In this document: positions 42,882-55,638 of the stretch, piece after piece
How the letters are laid out: the number at the start of each line of letters is the position of its first letter
Position numbering within the stretch: position 1 is the stretch's first letter
Position numbers and translations under genes: made by a program
Source: Octopus vulgaris
Lineage: Eukaryota
Direction of reading: 5' to 3'
NCBI GenBank assembly: GCA_951406725.2
Contig: OX597838.1
Location: 10,726,001-10,790,000 of the forward strand
Length of the DNA: 64,000 bases
Notes under the pieces: generated by a model
The model's database searches: none
Told to the model about the DNA's origin: nothing
The model's input: the letters and a program-made list of their open reading frames with translations, nothing else

Positions 42882-43717
42882 ATTTTATATCATCGTCATT
42901 GTCATCATCATCGTCTCTTCAACCTTCGGCGATTTCGTTATCGAAGAAATTATCTGGTAGGCTTTTGGTTTCAAATTAGTAGTTTTTGCTCAGGCATCCA
43001 CCATGGGGAGAAGATAAGGGGCTGGAAAATGCAACCCCTGCTTTTTTCATTTCTTTCCTTATTCAGTTTATTCAGATAATTTTTCTGAATCGCATATCAC
43101 TGCTGGATCAAACCCACCACCACATTCACACCAATTTATTTAGGAATTTGAAAGTTTATTCAAAAATCTTCATTTTTCGAATCAGTAAATAAAAAAAAAA
43201 AATCCAATTCTCAGTCTTTCTGCCTTTTTTTTTGTTTTCTTTTATAATCTGTTTCTTTTAGCAATTCAATTCCCATTTGCGTGGGTGTGTATGTGTCCGT
43301 GAAGATGGCACTGAGCAAAAATATAAATAAATTATAAAATAAAGGAGAATCTCTTTGATGTTTTGGTCAGTTGAAGTTGAAGAAAACAAAAAAAAAAAAA
43401 AACCCCAAAAGATCATATTTAAGCTGTTATACCATTGATTCAATGGCTTCATCCAGCTCCGTTTTATTTTTACACTTGTCTTGTTAGTAGTAGTAGTAGT
43501 AGTTGTTGTAATAGTATGACATGGAATTTCCATGTTCTGCTTCATTACCAAGATCAAGATATTTGGCAGGTAAACCAACTGTAATTGGTGTGTTTTTTGC
43601 CGGGTTTTGTTATGTTTTATTTTGTATTCCATTTGTTGTTATTGTTGTTTGTTTGTTTTTAATCTCTTTCTTTTTCCAGATTTGTTTCATTGTCACTTTA
43701 AGAGGAACTGTTGTGTA

Positions 43718-43912
43718 TTATCTGGTAAACTTTTTGAAAATGTTCTTCCCTTTAGAAAGGAGTCCAGCTCCCATAGAACTCATGCTATGAGCCGAAGACA
43801 GGCCTCCCTTGCGTTTGGTCTTCCGATCTTCATCAGAGTGAGGAGCAGAAGCTGGGCGGACGCCTCCATCAAGTTTACATTCAGACAGCGACTTGCTTCC
43901 CATGCCAGGAAT
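43718..43912 (-). CDS. RIMBP2: RIM-binding protein terminal coding exon
   Basis: aatttcag acceptor, phase 0; IPGMGSKSL..GLLSKGKNIFKKFTR-TAA, a basic amphipathic C-terminus like invertebrate RIM-BPs; followed by AU-rich 3'UTR-like DNA. Confidence 0.8.
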   Translation of the reverse strand: MPGMGSKSLSECKLDGGVRPASAPHSDEDRKTKRKGGLSSAHSMSSMGAGLLSKGKNIFKKFTR

Positions 43913-44076
43913 CTGAAATTACAGAAACAGTCCATCAGTTTCGGATTTAAGGTTTTTTATCGAGGTGTCTTTGTGCATATTGCCAGATAAGACCGGAGCC
44001 TGGTGCAGCCTTCTGGCTTCCCAGATCCCCGGTCGAACCGTCCAACCCATGCTAGCATGGAGAATGGACGTTAAAC

Positions 44077-44107
<31 letters not shown>

Positions 44108-45490
44108 TATGCATGAGTGTGTGTGTAAGGGGTGCAGATAATTAAAAACAAACAAACAAAAAAACCATGAGAATTTGGAAATGCTATTTTAGTTAAGAAA
44201 ACAATAAATAATATATTTCTTTATTACCCACAAGGGGCTAAACATAGAGGGGACAAACAAGGACAGACAAAGGGATTAAGTCGATTACGTCGACCCGAGT
44301 GCGAAACTGGTACTTTATTTATCGACCCCGAGAGGATGAAAGGCAAAGTCGACCCCGGCGGAATTTGAACTCAGAACATAACGACAGACGAAATACCTAT
44401 TTCTTTATTACCCACAAGGGGCTAAACATAGAGGGGACAAACAAGGACAGACAAATGGATTAAGTCGATTACATCGACCCGAGTGTGAAACTGGTACTTT
44501 ATTTATCGACCCCGAGAGGATGAAAGGCAAAGTCGACCCCGGCGGAATTTGAACTCAGAACACAACGACAGACGAAATACCGCTAAGCATTTCGTCCGGC
44601 GTGCTAACGTTTCTGCCAGCTCGCCGCCTTAATAGCAAATATCAAAAGTTAGTTCATCATCATCATCATCAAATAGTTGTTAAAAATTAATTGTGGTTTC
44701 AAATTTTGGCACAAGCTAGCAATTTTATGTGGAGGGAGTTAGTCCAAGTCTGGTGCTAGGAAGTGTGGGGGGCCCATTTAGAGAATGAATCAACCACTAT
44801 GTAGACATAGTTGAGAGAGCAGTACTTTTTAAGAAAAAAAAAACAGTTGAATTGATGAATATATATATAAATATAAAAAGAAAACTTTTACATTGTCACA
44901 GAAAGTGTTCAAAGGAAAAGAAAGTGAAGTCATGAATTTCATAATGGCATTGGTCAAGTCAACGAAAAATATTTCAAACGGGATAATAAGTTTCCATTTG
45001 TTAGAAACTTACTATTAGCCACATCTTTTAAATAGCTGCTATCAAAACCCCTTAATCCTTTAGCATTCAGATTATTCTGTCAAATGTAAAGCTTATGTCT
45101 TCACAACATATAAAATTAATCTTGCATCATTTCATGGCTTTGATATTTCAATGATGTGATTGTTTATTTTTAAAATGACACAATAAGGTAGCCATGAATG
45201 ATCATATCTGACTAGTTTGAACATAAAACAGGTAGAATATTTTAGCTGGATATGGCCGGTTTAAACACTAATGGGCTAAATTTACATTAAGACACACACA
45301 CACACATACTAATGCATGAATGTATTTACTATAATGCATGTAGATATACCATCTTGTCTTTAGTATTCTAAAAGATTTCCTTTACACTGATGAATATGAA
45401 GGTGTCTGCCCAGAGCATTGCTGAAACTCTGGATGTGAAAGGCTAAACAATACTGGTTAACTTCTAATGGACTTCATATTTATGCTGTTA

Positions 45491-45905
45491 ACTTGATAAT
45501 GATGTCATTGATGTGGCAATGACATCATCGATTTGGCACTGACATCATTGAGTTGGGACTGATGTGATCAACTTGGCAAGGAAGTCATTGACTTGGCAAC
45601 AAAGTCATTAATTTGGTAATGACGCCATCGATTTGGTAATGATGTCATTGATTTGGTACTGACATCATTGAGTTGACACTGATGCCATCAATTTGGTAAT
45701 GATGTTATCAACTTGATAATGATGTCATTGACTTGGCACAGATGTCATTGACTTAGCAATGATGTCATCACTGTGACAAAGGTCATTGACTTGGCAATAA
45801 TATCATTAATTTGGTGCTGATGTCGTCACTGTGACAATGAAGTCATCAATATGGCATTGAAGTCATTGGCTTAACGCTAATGTCATCAACCTGACTATGA
45901 TATTA
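45491..45905. repeat. 20-bp degenerate minisatellite (~21 units)
   Basis: consensus A(C/T)TTGGCAATGA(T/C)(G/A)TCAT(T/C)G with exact 20-nt period from 45491 to ~45770. Confidence 0.9.
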
Positions 45906-47744
45906 TTGGCTGAAATGCAGATGTCCAATCACATCACATAATTCTGAATTTGTGTGTCCACCAAGGTACGAAAATTATAAATTAATCAAGCCAGGTTACT
46001 TATACAAGAAAGTTAGTTTTCTTAAGTTGGGGCCACCGACATCAACGTTTCAAGAGTATTTGATAATCACAGAATGACCTGTAATGAGTATCACGAGGAA
46101 TGGAAAAATGTGTGTGTGTGTGTTTGGTGGTGGTGGTGGAGAGAGGTTCAAACACAAGTCGTGAAAACAAATGTCAACATAAATTAGTAAAGAGTAAACA
46201 AAAACAAGTAATAAACAAAATCAACATCAATGTTATAGAAATATTAGTAAAAAGCAAATGAAGAAATAATTAGTATGGAAAGTATGTTGGAGTGTTGCAA
46301 GAAGAAATATGTTATATTTAGGCATTGCCCCATCATTAGTTTTGTTGACTGAGACATTTTTTTATATATTGATACACATCAAACCACATATATACAATAC
46401 TAGTATTCAGAGCTGAGTTCGACCATGACTTAATGACAACAACACTATCATCTCCATGTATACAATAACACCATCAATTAATGTCTGTTTTCCATGCTGG
46501 CATAGCTTGGCCAGTTTCACAGGGGCCGGTAAGACTGGGGTGGGTGGGTTGCACTAGGTTCCATTGTCTCTTCTGGCATGGTTTCTATGTCTGGATGCCC
46601 TTCCTAAGGTCAACCAACTCGACAGAGTGTACTGGGTGCTTTTTATGTGGCACCAGTGGCTTTTAACATGGCACCGCCACAAGTGCTTTTTATGTGGCAC
46701 CAGCACCAGTGTATTTTATGTGGAACCAGCACTGGTATGAATTCTGAATACACCTATATTATATTCATTTGTTAGAGCAACAAGGACCATTTAAGGATGA
46801 CTGATGATTTGTGTTTAAAGCGAAGATGAGTTGCATATCTGTTTCTTTATTGCCCACAAGGGGCTAAACATGGAGGGGACAAACAAGGACAGACAAACGG
46901 ATTAAGTCAATTACATCGACCCCAGTGCGTAACTGGTACTTAATTTATCGACCCCGAAAGGATGAAAGGCAAAGTCGACCTCGGCGGAATTTGAACTCAG
47001 AACGCAACGTCAGACGCAATACCACTAAGCATTTCGCCCGGTGTGCTAACGTTTCTGCCAGCTCGCCACCTTAAAATGAGTTGCATATCGTTGACCTCAC
47101 TCTCTTGTCCATGACTATCTTCAGTCCAGTAACAAGATCAGCTCAAGACAACTAGGGAAATGGATGCAGTGCTTGACCAACATGCCTTATTTGTCTCATC
47201 CTGCTCTCTGCACTCTACAATGTGTTGCTGCAGCTGCCTTCCTTTCTGTTGAACCATGAAGGTTTTTCCGGCAGACTCCATGGGATTTAGTTTTAACAGG
47301 CACAGGTAGGCAAGCCCTGATATGCTAATTAATCCATAGTTGGGGCCCTGACAGGTGCAGCTACTTAAAGTCAGAGTAGATCTGGGAACAATTGTAGTTA
47401 AGAGGTGATTCCACATTCCTCAAGACCCTGGAATCCTGAAACAAGGCCCCCATAACCAGATATAGTTTAAAGTCCTACCCTGGACAAACAGCATACATAC
47501 ACCATACAAGAAGAAGAACATACCACACATACACATGCCCAAAATATTAGATATTTCTTCTCCTCATACAATAATAATACAGCTCAAATGAGAGTACCAC
47601 ATGTGGTCATTTGATATTGCTAGAAATAGATATGGGGGAAGCGAACTAGTTATATCACTGGGTGTGTAGATTATGTGGGTGTTTTTTTCTTATCTCCTAA
47701 TATAATAATGAGTGTAGTGTTTTAATATATTTGTATATATATAT

Positions 47745-47971
47745 ACCGGAGTAAACACATAAATGTGAAACAAGGTGGAAAAAAAGAGTACTCAAATACC
47801 AGTGGTAGAGTAATATGCTTTATTTAAAGCAGCAGAAAATTCAACAAAACCTGTTACTCTGAGTTTCCCATTGCCGTTCATCGGACAGTTTTAGCTACAA
47901 AAACTGTCCGATGAACGGCAACGGGAAACTCAGAGTAACAGGTTTTGTTGAATTTTCTGCTGCTTTAAATA
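47745..47971. mobile_element. fold-back element with minimal hammerhead-like motif
   Basis: ~72-bp arms 47821-47892 / 47900-47971; AAAACTGT-CCGATGA-ACGGCAACGG-GAAAC-TCAGA-GTA-ACAGGTTTT. Confidence 0.65.
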
Positions 47972-47985
47972 ATAATAATAATAAT

Positions 47986-48024
<39 letters not shown>

Positions 48025-48194
48025 TTTGATTTGAAAACCCCACTAGAATGGGAGAAAGCGCTAATGATCTAAGTGATATGATGTATATATAAAAAATGTA
48101 ATATACAAATAAATATCTGTAAATATAAACCATCCAATCTTCTGAGTACCTCATTTCTTCTGATATATAATACCTGTACATCATCTCCAAACCT

Positions 48195-48236
<42 letters not shown>

Positions 48237-49201
48237 CCAGAATCATGCTGGACGCGGAGGAGGAGAGAAAACAGTAATTCAGTGAAGGAAAAGTAGTGAG
48301 AGTAATAGCTCTAACTGAGAGGGAGTTAGAGAAAATAATAGAAATGAGAGAAAGGAAGGGGTGACAAAAAATCAGCGTCTTAACTCTGTGTGAGTATGCG
48401 CATCATGCATGTGTGTGTGCATGTACAAGGGAAGTATGCGAATGTTTGCATGAGTCATTATTATGTACCTTATATATAAAATGCTATAATTTTATATTGT
48501 ATGGACAAGATATCTCAAGAACTGCTGGATGGATTCGGATGAAACTTTCTGGGATGTTTGGTCTTGTGACTCGCACAAACTGGTTAGATTTAGGGAATGA
48601 TCTGGTACCAGACAAAGATTCTGAATTATTTTACCAATTTTTTTACTTAATTTTTGAGAGTGATCAGGTTCATTTTTGGTATTCTCATTTGTGAGAGAAA
48701 CTCAATATCTGAGTTTATGTCAGATATTCTCATTTTAAAAAAAACATCTCCAGTTAATCCTTGAGAGGATGTTGTGTTGCCTTGGCAGTGGTTTGTGCTC
48801 CCTGAGTGCTCTTGTTATTAGTATTTTACAAATCTGAGTTAACCTCTAGCATTCAAACCAGCCACATCAGGCCCAAATATTCTACCTATTTTATGCTCAA
48901 ACTGACCAGCTCAGGTCTCTCTCACTTCCTCTACAATGTTATTCTAAAAATAAACAACTGCATCATCAAAACCTTGAAGCTACAAAACAATCTACGACTG
49001 ATACAAAGCAATGGGAATAAATAAGCATTAATTTGACAGAGTAATCTAAATGTAAAGGGTTGAGGGAACTCGGCTATTTCTAGCAAATCAAGCGACCACA
49101 TAAAAAGTACTCTCTCATCATTAGTTCATTATTAATAAAGAGTATAAGTAACAAATGTTATAAATATTAGTAGGAATATAAAAGTGTTAATATAAAGAGT
49201 A

Positions 49202-49583
49202 TGTAGCGGTCTCTGATATCCTCACTGTTTGAGAGACATGGCAGGAATGATATCGTTTGAGATTACAACCATCTTTGGCCAAGTTGTTCCTGTTGTGACC
49301 ACTGACCTGATTGGTTGACATGTGGCGCGATTTGTCTCTACTTATTTCGCGCCACTGGCCAAAGCCAACCAATCACGGCCTTTGGTAAGGTCCCTTTTTC
49401 CTAGGGCCGTGATTGGTTGGCTTTGGCCAGTGGCGCGAAATAAGTAGAGACAAATCGTGCCACATGTCAACCAATCAGGTCAGTGGTCACAACAGGAACA
49501 ACTCGGCTAAAGATGGCTGTAATCTCAAACGAGATCATTCCTGCCGTGTCTCTCAAACAGTGAGGATATCAGAGACCGCTACA
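49202..49583. mobile_element. fold-back MITE with 179-bp arms, Ginger-like termini
   Basis: TGT..ACA ends, 4-bp direct repeat AGTA (49198-49201 / 49584-49587), arms 49202-49380 and 49405-49583. Confidence 0.75.
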
Positions 49584-49796
49584 AGTATAACTAGCATGTG
49601 TTATTTTAGAAGATAGGATTTATAAGCAATTGCAGTGCGGGGTTTCAAGTTCTGTACTCTGAAGAAGGCAAAACGAAATGGTACCTCTATTCAGCTACAA
49701 TTAAGGTACCTCATTTAATGAAGGGATGTTAAAGATGGCATTAATTGGAGGCAGAGGGGTGGTGTTTATATAGCTATTTGTGCACATGGCACTCAC

Positions 49797-49869
49797 TCTT
49801 GTTAATCTGGCAAAGTTCCTTTTGAAGGTGGTCTGAATTTCAAATCTGTTGGTCTTGTGAAGGAGACAG
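49797..49869 (-). other. candidate 73-nt alternative exon of RIM-BP
   Basis: tttctttcttctatccag acceptor and AGA|gtgagt donor; in frame only together with the 23-nt exon. Confidence 0.4.
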
Positions 49870-50054
49870 CTGGATAGAAGAAAGAAACAAACTAAAAGGC
49901 TAAGAACAGATGTACAGTTGAGATATTCACTTGGCAACGAAGTGGTCACTGGTTCAAGCCCACCACACAAGCACTTTGAGTGTCTTTCATCATTGGGTTG
50001 ACTAATACCTTCCAAATGGAATTTGGTGGAAGCAAGCATACACACACACACACA

Positions 50055-50090
<36 letters not shown>

Positions 50091-51517
50091 CATCATCATC
50101 CTCCTCATCATCATCATTTAACGTCCGTTTTCCATGCTAGCATGGGTTGGACGGTTCGACTGGGGTCTGGTAAGCCATGGAGGCTGCACTAGGCTCCAGT
50201 CTGATTTGGCAGTGTTTCTACAGCTGGATGCCCTTCCTAATGCCAACCACTCCGTGAGTGTAGTGGGTGTTTTTTACATGCCACCGGCACAGGGGCCAGA
50301 GCAGGCTGGCAAACGGCCACGATCGGTTGGTGCTTTTATGTGTCACCGACACGGACGCTAGTGAGGCGGCGCTGGCAACTGCCACATTTGGACTGTGATT
50401 TTTACACGTCACTGGCATATATATATATAATAATGTTTGTTTTTATGTTCAGTTATAATAAAAACAATTTTACATTAACTTGATTGCTTAGTCTCTACTT
50501 CTGTAGAATACAAATTTATTAGTCTTATACAGAATACTATTTACAGTGACTCTGGACAATGGCTTAACTGGCCAAAACTTTAAAGTCACAGTCAACAACA
50601 TACTTGTTTAAGAACACACACACACATATATATAACCTGGCATTCTGTTGGTTGTGGTGATGAAGGTTCCAGTTGATCCAGTCAATGAAACAGTCTGTTT
50701 GTAAAATTAAGATGGGAGAGGCTGAGCACTCCACAGACATGCATAGCCTTAATGTAGTTCTCACGGAGATTCAGCATGACATGGAATGTGACAAAGCTGG
50801 CCCTCTGAAATACAGGTACTACTCATTCTTGCCAGCTGTGTGGACTGGAATTATGTGAAGTAAAGTGTCTTGCTGAAGGACACAACCTGCTACTGGGAAT
50901 CAAACTCACAACCTTACAATTGTGAGCTGAATATTCTAACCACTTAGACATGCAACTTCACTACACCACACACACACAGAGGCATAAAAGGGTAAAGACC
51001 CCTTGAGTCATGACTGACCATGGGATTACACCTGGAAAGTTCCCCTCCTAGGCACAAGTCCAGGCAAGGTTGTTTATGGAAGACCGGCAGTCGACCATGC
51101 ATTCCAGCCTCCCCTCTCCATGCCACCAGTGTTATCCAAGGGAAAGGCAAAGGGGCCGATACAGCTTGGCACCTGTGACATCACAACTCATTTCTACAGC
51201 TGAGTGAACTGGAGCAACGTGAAATAAAGTGTCTTGCTTAAGAACACAATACACAACCTGGTCCAGGAGTTGAACTCACAACCTCATGATTGTGAGCCCA
51301 ACGCTCTAACTACAGGCACACACATATATATGAATATACACATGCTTCTTTAATACACACAAACATACACACACATCATCATCGTCTACAAAATCCATTG
51401 ACAAGGCTCAGAACTACAGTGTGGCTGTCAGCAAGAAAGTGAAACACCAGTGATATTCTCTTATCTCTTCTCAAAGCCAGAAATAACTGTGAATCAAAGA
51501 TTGGTTTAATCACAAAC

Positions 51518-51540
51518 CTGTACTCAACGGTGTGGCATTG
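51518..51540 (-). other. candidate 23-nt alternative microexon of RIM-BP
   Basis: AAG acceptor after ~215 nt with no AG, TGC just upstream, AG|gtttgt donor. Confidence 0.4.
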
Positions 51541-51845
51541 CTTACAAGTGCAATATGAAGGAAAAAATCAAATGAAATAAAATAAAATAAAATAAAATGA
51601 AATGAAATGAAAACATGGTTGCAAAAATAAAGAAAAAGTACAGGGATTTATGGAGTTGGTTTTGATAAACAGTACAACACCATGGAAACAAATAAACAAT
51701 TAAAATAAATATAATTGTTATGACAAACAAAATATAAAATGAAATATATTGAAATCCCTACAAAAGGCATGCATATGATTTGATATCTATCTACCTACAT
51801 AAATGCGAGTGTGTGTATATATATGCATGTTGGTGTGTGTATGTA

Positions 51846-51896
<51 letters not shown>

Positions 51897-52223
51897 GTAT
51901 TCTTTTGCTTGCTTAAGTCATTTGATTGTGACCATGCTGGAGCACTGCCTTTTAGTTGAATAAATCAACCTCAGGACTTATTCCTTGTAAGCCTAGTACT
52001 TATTCTCTCAGTTCCTTTGCTGAACACTAAGTTACAGGGATGTAAACACACCAACATCAGTTGTTAAGCAATAGTGGGGGGACAAAAACAGACACACAAA
52101 CATATACATACATATATATATACATACATGTATATATATACATATTCATACATATACATACATACATATTCATACATATACATACATATTCATACATATT
52201 CATACATACATATACATACATAC

Positions 52224-52282
<59 letters not shown>

Positions 52283-52586
52283 GAAGGGCTTCTTTTAGTT
52301 TTTGTCTACCAAATCCACTTACAAGGCTTTGGTTGGCCCAAGGTGCCACGCAGTGGGACTGAACCTGGAACCATGTGGTTGGGAAGCAAGCTTCTTACCA
52401 CAGTCTGTGGATTGCAAAAAAGCCATGACCTCGGCTATGCAGAGATCATACTTGTTATATCCACTGTAAGCTTTGAAGTGGGTGACTATGGACCATATAT
52501 ACATACATATATATATATACACATAAATGTTTGGCGTGGGACCACACACACACACATATATATATATAATATATATATATAAATAA

Positions 52587-52734
<148 letters not shown>

Positions 52735-53042
52735 GTATATATATATATATATATAGGGGGAGTTTACGAAAAAAACAAAAGACGAAGACACAGGGGGTGT
52801 ACAAAACAAACAGATGTATTAGCATAACGATCAGGAATAGAGAAAATCGTTTACGTTTCGAGCCTATGCTCTTCTACAGAAAGGGACACAGAAAAAAAAC
52901 ATATATATATAAATAAAAGGGATACATTAGATGAGGAGTTGGTGGAGTGGGGATGAGGTAAGGAATGATAATAGGAGGTGAGAAACAGTCACACCAGAAA
53001 ACGTGGGCCAGTGTTGAAATGAAACGCAGCAACATCACTTAC

Positions 53043-53279
53043 TCTGTTTAATTCTGGCTCAATTTTCAGTGACAATTTGGATTTCCTGTGGGAATCATCC
53101 CGTGCTTCATCTCGAACATCAATGTCCCTGTGGAGTTCTTCGGTAGACATGGTAGCTGCTCGAATGAAGTTAGAAGGCACCAAACCTTTTCGTCCTTTCA
53201 TTTCACCGATAAAGAAACCATCATCATCCATGTCGCCATAGATTGTAATAAAATCTCCAACTTTGAATGCCAGTTCCAC
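53043..53279 (-). CDS. RIMBP2: RIM-binding protein exon, C-part of SH3-3
   Basis: ctttcag acceptor, AGA|gtaagt donor, phase 0/0; [39 protein letters not shown]. Confidence 0.92.
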
Positions 53280-54639
53280 CTGAAAGCATCGGAGAAGAAA
53301 CGGGAAAGTGATTTAGTTAGGGAAGGGATCAACAGGAAATGAGAAGACACTTAAGATATTTACATTAAGCTGACAAAAGCAAGTTAATCCTTTGCCTGTC
53401 CTGAAAGACAAAGTTGAGCTTGGCAATATTTGAACTCAGAATGTAATGATGGATGAAATGTTGTTAAGAATTTTGCTGAGTATGCTAGCTTGCCACCTTA
53501 AATATCCGTGGAATAAGCTGCCGGACGAGATAGTGAAGATGCCGACGACCACTCGGTTCAAAGTCTCTCTTGACCAGAAATGGCCTGAACTCTTTGCATG
53601 AACACCCTCCCTGTACATAACTCCATGTCCCCCTACATGGCCTTGCTTTTTGCTTTTTGAGCCAAAAAATTAACTTAAACTTAAAAATAATAATCCTTTC
53701 TACTATAGGCACACGGCCTTGATTTTATGGGGTCGATCACATTGACCCCTCAATAATAATAATAATAATAGTAGTAGTAGTTCTTGGTGTCCACGATTTA
53801 AACATACTACACATTCCCAGGAATTTTTAACCATCCATCGTTTCAAATTTCATTTGGAAGTGTATGTGTATAGGTTGGTGGTTCTCAACTGGGGTCCATA
53901 TTAGATTTTTGGGGATCCATGGAACAAAATAGTAAATAGGGAATTCACCATAGTATGTTAAGGTTCTGTGAAAAAAGTTTTAATTTAGATGTATCTATTA
54001 CAAGAAACACCTGAATTTCTTCCACGAGCGTTTACATAGTTCAATCTACACAAGGTAATAATGTGAAAAACAAAATAGGAATTTTGAAAGAAGTATCTAT
54101 AAAACTAATTTTAAATCATCGAATGGGTATTGGGGGGGGGGGGTCCACCTAAGTAAAATAGTAATCAAAGGAGTTCATAGATGAAAAATGGTTGAGAACT
54201 CCGGATATAGATGGTTCTTGTCCTGCATATTTAAAATATAGTGGAAGGGAGATAACTCATGGTTGTGGATTATTTCTTTTGCTCTTCTTTGATTATTGGT
54301 TTCAAATTTGGGCTCAAAGCCAGCAATTTCGGAGGAAGGCCTAAGTCGATTATATCGACCCCGCCCCCCAGTCATCAACTGATACTTATTTTATTGACAC
54401 CGAAAGGATGAAAGGCAAAATCGACCTCAGCGGCAGAATTTAAACACAGAACATAATGATGGACAAAATACCACAAAACATTTTACCCAGCTCACTGCTC
54501 TACTATTTTTTTCCTTTATTTTTAGTCAGTGTGTGAGTGTGTGTGGTGTGTATGTGTGTAAAGGCAGCGAGCTGGCAGAATTGATAAGATACCAGACGAA
54601 AGATCCCTAACCAACTCGACTGCCTTTACATTTATCGAG

Positions 54640-55201
54640 AAGGGAACTTCATGGGAAAAAGGTTCTTCTCTCTATCTGGTGGGATTGCAAAGGAGTAATC
54701 CACTTTAAACTATTACCACCAAATGCAACAATCAATGCTCAAGTCTACTGTCAGCAATTAGAGCATTAGAACCAGGCTTTGAAGAAAAAAAGACCCGCTT
54801 TAATGAATTGAAAAGGAGTGATGTTTCATCAGGACAATGCGTGACCCCACACTGCAAAGATCACATCGCAGAAGATCGAAGAGTTTGGTTGGGAAAAAAT
54901 TCCTCATCTACCTTATTCTCTCAACCTTGCTCCTTCAGACTACCATTTGTTTCGTAGTTTACAGAATCATTTGGGGGACATAACTTTCGCAAGCCAGGAG
55001 GAGGTCGAAACTGACATTTCAGAGTTCTTTGCTTTGAAACCAAAAGAGTTTTACATTGATGGGATTAAAAAGCTTGTAAATAGATGGAAGGAAGTCATAG
55101 ACAATCAGGGAAAGTACATTGATGACTGAATTTCAATTAAATATAACATTTGATCACTTGTTTTCTTTATTCAAAATTTGAACTTATGGGATGACCTGAT
55201 A
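54640..55201 (+). mobile_element. mariner transposase pseudogene, 3' half plus right TIR
   Basis: IWWDCKG, FHQDNA*PHT, PYSLNLAPSDYHLFRSLQNHL, RWKEVIDNQGKYID motifs with stops and frameshifts; ends ACTTATGGGATGACCTGATA. Confidence 0.9.
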
Positions 55202-55638
55202 CATCAACAAATGACATTAACATTGGAGAAGGCATGGCTTTATTGTTAGGAAGTTCACATTATAATCTCCAGCCAGTCGTGTCATCTTCTTAGCTGAGGT
55301 AGGCTAATGTGTTGTGAGTAAGACTGAATTGGAAGCTTGTTGGCTTTATATTTGTGTGTGTGTGTGTGAGAGGGTATGTGCGTATTTATGTTTGTGTCTC
55401 ACAAATGTAGCAGTTCAATAAATAGAGATTGATAAAATAAGTACTTGATATGAAAATAAGCATTTGTTGTTGATACAATCAACTATAAACCATTGCATGC
55501 AGTGCCCCAACATGGCCACAACTAGTGAACCCGATAAAGACAAACTAGTGAAAACAATGAAGGAAGAGAAAAACATGGTGTGTAAAAAAAAGTTTTTAAA
55601 AAATAGCAACCAAAACAAAATAAAATCTGCAAATCTAC

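Noticed and set aside
45340-45909. Repetitive coding exon of RIM-BP
   Set aside because: 20-nt period is not a multiple of 3, the phase-0 frame stops within five codons and no long ORF exists
49187-49616. Two near-identical divergent ORFs (MVGFGQWREIS..)
   Set aside because: Mirror-image artefact of the fold-back MITE
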